The position numbers were made by a program, and so were the translations under genes. A stretch of 54,620 nucleotides of DNA, taken from positions 1-54,620 of IMG/VR virus record IMGVR_UViG_3300004369_000597, one strand, 5' to 3'. Below the pieces are notes generated by a model that saw only the letters and a list, made by a program, of their open reading frames with translations, had not been told where the DNA came from and did no database searches. Source of the DNA: a virus. Its lineage: Duplodnaviria; Caudoviricetes. Shown here piece by piece: positions 18,201 through 24,938 of the stretch; the stretch's first letter is position 1; the number at the start of each line of letters is the position of its first letter.

Positions 18201-19474
18201 TAGTCATCTCCCATAATACTTCTTTGTGCTTTCAATTGTTCAAACCCTTCATCATCCAAATGTGTAAATGCTAACCAAGCGTGAGTCATCTCATCGCCTG
18301 TTCTTGAACCACCCATTACCCACATATCAGGATCAGGGTTGTTGGGATTGTCAGCAGTGTTGTCATACCATTGCTTGAGAATAATAACCGCACCTGTTGG
18401 CAGTAATGGTGCTACTTCAGGCGAATACAAGTGGCTATGATGCCATGTTGCACTCCATTTAGAAATTTGACTTATTGCTTCTGTACGACCAGTTTCAGGA
18501 TAAAAGATTTCCAAACTTGCCGCATTCATACGCAAATGACCATGTGGTTGGAAGCTGTCCAGTCTAACAGGATGGTCGAAACTGTGAAACCCCTGGGTCA
18601 TCGCATATCCATTGGGTGGGATAGCTAAATCGTCCTGATTGCCAAGGCGATACAAACTCAAGTCTTGTTTGTATTTTAATTGTTTGCTTTCCTCTTCGGT
18701 GTACAACCAAAGACCAATCTCTACCACATTGTCTTTGATAACAGAACCTGGGGCCATTGCTCCAAGACCACCCGGGAACATGTGGATATCCCAACTGATT
18801 TGTGCGTTTGCTGGAAGTGTGCGACAAACTCCTTCTGGTACAATCTCTCCCCACTTTCCCATAGCGTACTCAGTGAGCATGCCTTCACGCCCTTCTGCGG
18901 TAATAATAGTAGAGTTGGCGTGATGTACTACTGACTTAGCTTCGCCACGTGGCTTTACTTGTACTGCTTTGATACATCTGTCTTCGCTGAGACCGCTTGG
19001 TACTAGATGCTTGTGCCATAGATCATTACCATTTGCAGGAATGTCGATGGCTACACTTGGAATGATTGCGTCTGGTGCACCGAAGTCGCCTTCAAAGTTC
19101 CACGCCTCTGGATCTCTCATCTTTGGCGCTTGTACTACTGTGTCAGGATCGCCGTAAATAGAACCGCTGTTGACCCATGCTACTACTGTGTCAATGTCTT
19201 CTTGTGCTAGTCGCCAATCACCCTGTAGGTCTTGTATGCCTATACCGTGATCGTAAGCATAAGGGGGCATCTCTCTACTTGCTACTTTCATAGCAATCAG
19301 TGGTGCCCATGGACGCACTTGCTCGTAAGTTTCAAAACTCATTGGACCGATACCACCTGCACGGTGACATACTACACAATTGTTGTTGATTATATCTGCT
19401 ACTTCGGATGTATATGTTTGAGAATATACAATAGCAGGGAAAAGTAATACTACAAACGCAAAAAGTTTTTTCAT
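18200..19474 (-). CDS. Exported cytochrome c + copper type II monooxygenase-like protein (copy 1)
   Basis: Signal peptide, CVVCH haem motif, EMPP, candidate Cu ligands VHH / IHM / HGH / DEM; AGAGGA RBS. Confidence 0.87.
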   Translation of the reverse strand: MKKLFAFVVLLFPAIVYSQTYTSEVADIINNNCVVCHRAGGIGPMSFETYEQVRPWAPLIAMKVASREMPPYAYDHGIGIQDLQGDWRLAQEDIDTVVAWVNSGSIYGDPDTVVQAPKMRDPEAWNFEGDFGAPDAIIPSVAIDIPANGNDLWHKHLVPSGLSEDRCIKAVQVKPRGEAKSVVHHANSTIITAEGREGMLTEYAMGKWGEIVPEGVCRTLPANAQISWDIHMFPGGLGAMAPGSVIKDNVVEIGLWLYTEEESKQLKYKQDLSLYRLGNQDDLAIPPNGYAMTQGFHSFDHPVRLDSFQPHGHLRMNAASLEIFYPETGRTEAISQISKWSATWHHSHLYSPEVAPLLPTGAVIILKQWYDNTADNPNNPDPDMWVMGGSRTGDEMTHAWLAFTHLDDEGFEQLKAQRSIMGDD

Positions 19475-19495
19475 TTTGTTTTCCTCTAGTACTAT

Positions 19496-19501
19496 TATTT
19501 A
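19496..19501 (-). promoter_or_regulatory. T4-type late promoter TAAATA upstream of the monooxygenase pair, in the loop of an imperfect inverted repeat
   Basis: TCTAGCACT-TAAATAAT-AGTACTAGA-GGA on the minus strand. Confidence 0.6.
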
Positions 19502-19551
19502 AGTGCTAGATAACGGTTCAAAATGAAAAAACTACGGGTTGTTACAATTTA

Positions 19552-19722
19552 TTACAATTGGTTAAATCTATGTTCGGTAATGCCGGGTAAAGCGGCAATT
19601 TGTTTTTCAACAACGCCCTTTACCCTGACATCAGATTTAGATGAAATTAGTTCTGTTTCGTAATGACTGATAAAATCAGGAATTACTGAAAGATCATGTG
19701 TGATGCGTGTGTACCAATTCAT
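19552..19722 (-). pseudogene. Truncated, diverged second copy of the uvsY 5' end (56 codons)
   Basis: MNWYTRITHDLSVIPDFISHYETELISSKSDVRVKGVVEKQIAALPGITEHRFNQL* versus MNWYTRITHNLAVIPDFIAHYENELTSAKNDVRVYGIVEKQISALPGVTEHRFNQLQE... at 20870..21328. Confidence 0.9.
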
Positions 19723-20870
19723 AAATTATTCAAATTCAAGTACTTACGTATGATCTGATCAGCGAACGGCCAAAGTTCTGCAAATGTGCTGGGATGGTCT
19801 TCATCTAGCAATATGACTTCTTTGGTAAAATCTTTCATAACACGAATATTGTGGTACTCTAACCGATTACTAATTTCCTTTTTTAATGCTTCTAATGTTA
19901 TTGCTGTTTTTTGATTAATATAATCTTTATATTTGGTTTGGACTATATCTATTTGTTCTATTGCCTTTTCTTTTATTTCTTTTGGATAGTTCATTAAGTC
20001 AAGGTGGGGAGGATGATCTAAGGTAGATATAAAAGAAGTATTATTGTTTGGATTAGGATCAATACTATACAACCAATCAAACACATCTACTAATGTAAAT
20101 GCACTCATAAGTGTGTAAGTAAAATGTACGCCAATCGGAGATGAAATAGATTCCTTTAATTTTTTGTAATTGGATTCAGTTAAAGACCAAGTAGCGTTGC
20201 GTCTAACATATTCAAAATGATCTCCGATGTTTTCAAAACTAACAAGCCAAGCAACTCTGTGGTCTAGTTCAACTAACTTTTTATAAACAGGTAAATCTTC
20301 AATATTTTTGACAGACAAATTAGTAACAATACCTACTCTAGTTTGATCGTCTACTAATTCTAGCAAATCAATATTTTCTCGTAATAGTAAAGGTTCACCA
20401 CCTAACATTTGAATATCATGTAATCGGGTAGTGTTGTCTTTAATATGCTGTAAAACTTCGTCTTGCCATTGAGTTTCAGAAACTTTAATATCTATACCTT
20501 TCCAAGATGCGTATGCACTACTCCATTCAGGATTGCAATAATTACATCTTAACTGACAAGTATTGTGCCATCTTATGTCTACTGATTTGGGTACAAACTT
20601 ATCTTCTTGTAGTTCATCATCAATTTCGTCATACAAATCTTTAAGGCTTTTGCCAGTGCGTTGATACTGGTCATGACAACTGGTGCAGTAATCAGAATAA
20701 CCTTTAGTAAGCATGTCCTCTCTAAGTTTTGCTAAAGGACCTGCTTTTAATAATTCTTGTAATGAGTTTTTATTAAGATTGCCAAGTGAGTTGCCACCAC
20801 AGCATACTCTTAAGTCACCGTCTGGATTTACGAATAAGCCTTCCCAAGGCGCTCGGCATTTAAATTCCAT
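19719..20870 (-). CDS. Radical SAM protein with N-terminal SPASM/twitch-like domain
   Basis: CQLRCNYC, GGEP, VTN; C.APW...VCC...CxxC; start moved to ATG 20870 (TAATG coupling to uvsY). Confidence 0.88.
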   Translation of the reverse strand: MEFKCRAPWEGLFVNPDGDLRVCCGGNSLGNLNKNSLQELLKAGPLAKLREDMLTKGYSDYCTSCHDQYQRTGKSLKDLYDEIDDELQEDKFVPKSVDIRWHNTCQLRCNYCNPEWSSAYASWKGIDIKVSETQWQDEVLQHIKDNTTRLHDIQMLGGEPLLLRENIDLLELVDDQTRVGIVTNLSVKNIEDLPVYKKLVELDHRVAWLVSFENIGDHFEYVRRNATWSLTESNYKKLKESISSPIGVHFTYTLMSAFTLVDVFDWLYSIDPNPNNNTSFISTLDHPPHLDLMNYPKEIKEKAIEQIDIVQTKYKDYINQKTAITLEALKKEISNRLEYHNIRVMKDFTKEVILLDEDHPSTFAELWPFADQIIRKYLNLNNL

Positions 20871-21328
20871 TACGATACCGTGACATCTTCCATGCCAGCA
20901 GTACGTAATCGAACAATGTGACCTAGTTGCCATTGTTTAGCATCGATACCTTTCATTATACCAAGATATCGATTACGTAACAATGCAACTTCGTTGATTA
21001 AGTATTCAAAGTCAATAACTTCTTCTTCACCGTCTACATATTTTTCTGCATCACGGCTAGTTAATGCTCTGTTGTAGGCTTCCAAATATTTTTGGAAGTG
21101 TTTTCTACGAATTTTTCTTAGTTGGATATTAAGATAGTTGAGCACCGCTTCAATCTCTTGTAATTGATTGAAACGATGCTCAGTTACTCCTGGAAGTGCT
21201 GATATTTGTTTTTCAACAATACCATATACTCTAACGTCATTTTTTGCAGAGGTTAACTCGTTTTCATAATGAGCAATAAAGTCAGGTATTACTGCAAGAT
21301 TGTGTGTGATTCTTGTATACCAGTTCAT
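20870..21328 (-). CDS. uvsY: UvsY-like recombination mediator
   Basis: Helical 152-aa protein with KYVDG.E and KQWQL...R.AG motifs; near uvsX and gp32. Confidence 0.72.
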   Translation of the reverse strand: MNWYTRITHNLAVIPDFIAHYENELTSAKNDVRVYGIVEKQISALPGVTEHRFNQLQEIEAVLNYLNIQLRKIRRKHFQKYLEAYNRALTSRDAEKYVDGEEEVIDFEYLINEVALLRNRYLGIMKGIDAKQWQLGHIVRLRTAGMEDVTVS

Positions 21329-21331
21329 AAA

Positions 21332-21583
21332 TTAGAAGTCTAATTCCTCTTCCTCATAATCGTCATCTTCATCATAATCTTCTTCATCTTCTTCTGTAGA
21401 AAAATACGAAAGTGCTTCTCTTACATCTGAATCTGCTCCAAACACCTTTTTGATTTCTCCTGGAGCATGTCCTTGAATATCAATTAAGTGATTAACTAAA
21501 AGATCAGCCGCTTCACTAGGATCACCATCTTTAATACTGGGTTTGATTAAAGCCCAAATTTCTGCTAAGTCTTGTAAATTCAT
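21332..21583 (-). CDS. Hypothetical protein with a highly acidic C-terminal tail (83 aa)
   Basis: ATGA-coupled to uvsX; tail EEDEEDYDEDDDYEEEELDF. Confidence 0.8.
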   Translation of the reverse strand: MNLQDLAEIWALIKPSIKDGDPSEAADLLVNHLIDIQGHAPGEIKKVFGADSDVREALSYFSTEEDEEDYDEDDDYEEEELDF

Positions 21584-22659
21584 TCAACTCCCTCTTCTGC
21601 TAGTTCTTCAACATCGATATTTATATCCTCTTGTTGAGTTTTCACAGTCGAGTATTGTGCCATGACTAAATCTAAGCATCCGTTTTCGTTTGCTTCCCAT
21701 GGCTTTCTGAATTGTTTGATTTCTGTACCGTCTTCAGCAATGTAAGTAAGACGATTGCCTTCTTTCTTTAGCAAGCCTGATTTTTCAAACAAGTCTACTA
21801 GTCCAGAATAAGGATTCATGCCTGTTTCGTAAGGAATCTTAACTTGCACACCCTCAAAAGGTTTTGCATATCTAGTCTTCATTACTTTACAACCTGCACG
21901 AATACCTCTGACATCAGAAATTTTATTTCCTGATTCGTCTTCTTTTAGTTTCATCTTTTTCATAGCAACTACAATACTTGATGCATAGATGAATCCTTGA
22001 CCACCTGAGATTTTATCATCTGGGTCAAACATATCTTGCGATGCATAAGTGTGATTAGTTGCTACTAAGCCTACGTTGTAACTACCAAACATATTGACTG
22101 AGTTACGAACAAGTGCAGTCAGTGCCTTGGGTTTACGACCCATGTCACCTTTCATGTCACCTTTATCAAACTGGTCAACGTCAGTTGGAGTCAACAACAT
22201 ACCCAATGAATCGATTACAAAAAGAACTTTAGGACGTTCTCCGTCTTCCATTGCTTTGTAATCTTTCATAAAAGTTGAAATTGTTTTAGCCACATCATCA
22301 ATCATACTCATGCTTAACTTGAGAAGTTTATCTTCACTAGTATCTACACCCAAAGCATGTAGCCATGCTTCATCAAGTGCATTCTCTGAGTCGATTAAGA
22401 CTACAAAAATACCCTGATCTTGTGCATGTTTAACAATGTTGCCTGCGGCAAAGTATGATTTGCCTGCGCCTGATTCACCTGCAAACACAGTTACCTTACC
22501 TAGAGGTACACCTTTTTGAAAGTCACCTGAGATAAGATAGTTGAGTGCATATGATCCTGTTGAGATCCAATCTGTCGGATCATTAAATCCTACTGACAGT
22601 CCCTCAATGGACTTGGTTATATCTTTTCTAAATTTAGAAACGTCAAATGGTTTAGCCAC
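21580..22659 (-). CDS. uvsX: RecA-like recombinase UvsX (GTG start)
   Basis: GESGAGKS, IDSENA, VIDSLG, TNHTY and SGG.G motifs; AGGAG RBS. Confidence 0.95.
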   Translation of the reverse strand: MAKPFDVSKFRKDITKSIEGLSVGFNDPTDWISTGSYALNYLISGDFQKGVPLGKVTVFAGESGAGKSYFAAGNIVKHAQDQGIFVVLIDSENALDEAWLHALGVDTSEDKLLKLSMSMIDDVAKTISTFMKDYKAMEDGERPKVLFVIDSLGMLLTPTDVDQFDKGDMKGDMGRKPKALTALVRNSVNMFGSYNVGLVATNHTYASQDMFDPDDKISGGQGFIYASSIVVAMKKMKLKEDESGNKISDVRGIRAGCKVMKTRYAKPFEGVQVKIPYETGMNPYSGLVDLFEKSGLLKKEGNRLTYIAEDGTEIKQFRKPWEANENGCLDLVMAQYSTVKTQQEDINIDVEELAEEGVE

Positions 22660-22667
22660 AATATCTC

Positions 22668-22898
22668 CTATCGGTTAGTTTGCTTTAGTCTATCAGAATA
22701 ATTTAACTTGTCAAGTATTTCTGGGCATTGCTCTGCCATATGATCTAAATCATAATCGCTTGGGTAATGCCTCAGTGCTCCGCGAGCCCTGTCTCTGATA
22801 AGTGAAGGTACTCTAGGAGTTTTACCTGGATCGCAAAGTTCTTCTAATAATTTTTTGCCCTGCTTGAGAGCCCTATATCTTTCGTCTGGTAATGTCAT
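22668..22898 (-). CDS. Small hypothetical protein (MTLPDER...LRHYP)
   Basis: AGGAG RBS; clean ORF. Confidence 0.8.
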   Translation of the reverse strand: MTLPDERYRALKQGKKLLEELCDPGKTPRVPSLIRDRARGALRHYPSDYDLDHMAEQCPEILDKLNYSDRLKQTNR

Positions 22899-22915
22899 TT
22901 CAAAAATCTCCTATC

Positions 22916-22940
22916 AAAATGGGGGAGGATAACCTCCCCC
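22916..22940 (-). terminator. Hairpin/terminator after the SSB gene
   Basis: GGGGGAGG-TTAT-CCTCCCCC-ATTTT. Confidence 0.8.
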
Positions 22941-22949
22941 TCAAATGAC

Positions 22950-23942
22950 TTAACTAGCGTTTTGTCTTGCACGAATCATTGCTAGAATGTCTTGTGCTTT
23001 GTCGCTAGAAGGACCTGATTCAGCAGGCGCCTCTTGTGCTACAGGGGCGGCTTCAGGAGCAGCCTGTTCTGTAACTTGAGGAGCAGCCTGTGCTGGCTGG
23101 GGAGCAGGAGTAGATGATTCAGAATCATTACTATTAGTGCTTCCATCTGGTGCTTCTAGTCCATATGGACGATAGTATGCACCCCACTTGTCATTATCAT
23201 ATGGTCGACCATCTACTGATGCTTCAAACATTTCTTTAATGACACGCAGTTCAGCCTCACTTGGCTTCTTGGGTAAGAAGTCAGCCAGATTGAATAAGCC
23301 ATGTGCTTCGATTGCGGCTTGTTCAACTTCAGTTAGGGCAGATTCTTTACGTGCCCATGAAGATGTACCGTAATCAGCATAACCACCTTTTTGAGTTTTA
23401 CGAACATTAAAGTCCAAACCTCTCATAAGGTCAGTTGGCAATTCTTCAATCTCAGGATCCATCAATGAGGATTTGATGATTTGGAAGATTTGTGGTGAAA
23501 TAACAAACCTACGAATTGGGTTCGCAGGAGTAGCATCGTCACCGATAGGGTTTTGACGAACAAAACCTTGGAAGATGTAAGAACGCTTCTTCCAATATTT
23601 GTTAGCCATTTCTTTTAAAGTTTCGTCTTTGTACCAAGGACGAACTTCTGCAAGAACAGGACAGTTCTCACCAAACATTTCTACGCATGGTACTTGAACT
23701 GTTACTTGTCTTACATTAGGATCACCTTTTACTCCATTAAATGGAAGTTTGATGATTTGACGTTCAACCCAAAAGAATGAGTTGTTTGCATCTGCATCGG
23801 GTAAGAAACGCAAAGATGCTGATGCACCTTCGTCCATTTTCCAATGTGGATAAATCGCACCGTCAGATTGAGGGTAGTTATTACCTGATGCTTTGTTTTC
23901 TTGTGCCGCGAGCCGGGCACGGATGTCTGCTAGACTGGCCAT
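22950..23942 (-). CDS. Single-stranded DNA-binding protein (T4 gp32-like)
   Basis: LRFLPD, C....G..CPV, KKRSY, G.DF and YADY motifs; low-complexity linker; upstream of uvsX. Confidence 0.92.
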   Translation of the reverse strand: MASLADIRARLAAQENKASGNNYPQSDGAIYPHWKMDEGASASLRFLPDADANNSFFWVERQIIKLPFNGVKGDPNVRQVTVQVPCVEMFGENCPVLAEVRPWYKDETLKEMANKYWKKRSYIFQGFVRQNPIGDDATPANPIRRFVISPQIFQIIKSSLMDPEIEELPTDLMRGLDFNVRKTQKGGYADYGTSSWARKESALTEVEQAAIEAHGLFNLADFLPKKPSEAELRVIKEMFEASVDGRPYDNDKWGAYYRPYGLEAPDGSTNSNDSESSTPAPQPAQAAPQVTEQAAPEAAPVAQEAPAESGPSSDKAQDILAMIRARQNAS

Positions 23943-24045
23943 AATGTTTTCTCCTTTAATGTATGCCTAAGTTTAGTTTTATATGTGTTGTCGCAAGACC
24001 GAAGTCTCACTAGTTTAGTTTTGTTAAAAACATAACACATGAACA
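23943..24045 (-). promoter_or_regulatory. Structured 5' leader of the SSB gene (putative autogenous translational operator)
   Basis: GAGAC-TTCG-GTCTT hairpin, two AAAACTAAACT repeats, ATGTGTT/AACACAT pairing, AAGGAG RBS. Confidence 0.6.
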
Positions 24046-24046
24046 T

Positions 24047-24085
24047 ATTGTATGACAATAATGTTCCTATGTCAATAAGTATTTA
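24047..24085 (-). promoter_or_regulatory. Tandem promoters for SSB: TTGACA-17-TACAAT (24047-24075) and late TAAATA (24080-24085)
   Basis: Consensus matches. Confidence 0.8.
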
Positions 24086-24299
24086 TGCCTTATTCGCCCA
24101 TTTATTTTTTTCAGCGAAATATGCACATAAAATCCCTGTAAGTGTTTGGTTAAATAGTAGTAGAAATAGAAACCAAGTAACACAACGCACTTACAAGGAA
24201 CACAAAAGTATGAACCGTATACTGTGTGCAATAATATTTATTGCAGAATTATCGATCTCAAATTTTTCCTAAACCCTAAGTGCGAATAGGGAATCGACT

Positions 24300-24713
24300 A
24301 TGGAAGATATCACAGATAAAGAATATCCAAAAGATAATAACGATAAAAACATTATCCATAAAATGGATTTGGACAAGTATACAGATTTGCTATTAAAGTT
24401 AGAAGAAGCAAACGACAAAATAGCAGAAATGGAAGCCTTAACTAAAGAATTAAAAGTTGCGGCTATTGAAGCAAAACCAAAAGAAAAATTTCATTGGAGT
24501 GGTTTGTTTTTAGACGACAATCATATCAATGAAAAATCTATTATTGGATTTATATCCTTTGCTTTAATGGTAGCATTTGGTATTACAGACTTAGTAACAG
24601 GATACGCAGGTAAAAATTTAGCAATTTCTGAAACCATATATACTTCATTTGTTATTATCACATTAGGCTCATTTGGTATATCAGAAGCTGGAAAAATATT
24701 CGGCAATAGATAA
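24300..24713 (+). CDS. Membrane protein with an N-terminal coiled coil and two TM helices (holin-like topology)
   Basis: Two hydrophobic segments near the C-terminus; TAAATA at 24151-24156. Confidence 0.75.
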   Translation: MEDITDKEYPKDNNDKNIIHKMDLDKYTDLLLKLEEANDKIAEMEALTKELKVAAIEAKPKEKFHWSGLFLDDNHINEKSIIGFISFALMVAFGITDLVTGYAGKNLAISETIYTSFVIITLGSFGISEAGKIFGNR

Positions 24714-24731
24714 GGAATAATACAATATTTA

Positions 24732-24938
24732 TTATTTAGAGTGAGGGGGCAATTTAGCCTCAACAAACATTTCGTGTTTGCGTTTTATAGGGTTATATTT
24801 TTTGAAACGCAACTTTCTACCCTCTTGCATTAAAGTTTTTGTTTTTTCTACAACATAATGATAAGTGTGATGTTCTCTGGTTTCACCCTCAGGAATTAGA
24901 TACACTTTAGTTCTTTTTTTAGTAGACTTGCTTGCCAT
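24732..24938 (-). CDS. rpmG: 50S ribosomal protein bL33 (Cys-free type)
   Basis: RTKVYL...YHYVVEK...KLRFKKYNPIKRKHEMFVEAK fits the L33 pattern R.KI.L...HFY.T.K...KLE.KKY.P..R.H..F.E.K. Confidence 0.85.
   Translation of the reverse strand: MASKSTKKRTKVYLIPEGETREHHTYHYVVEKTKTLMQEGRKLRFKKYNPIKRKHEMFVEAKLPPHSK

Noticed and set aside
12590-19474. Bacterial chromosome or prophage boundary suggested by host-like genes
   Set aside because: These genes are coupled to or interleaved with phage genes and carry phage-type promoters; no integrase or att site was seen.
20871-20933. N-terminal extension of the radical SAM ORF (MATRSHC...) given in the track
   Set aside because: It overlaps the uvsY 3' end; ATG 20870 gives TAATG coupling and starts right at the Cys domain.
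24039-24272. 77-aa plus-strand ORF as a gene
   Set aside because: Its 5' part runs through the SSB promoters; only the last 20 codons (from ATG 24210) have an SD and lie downstream of the late promoter.
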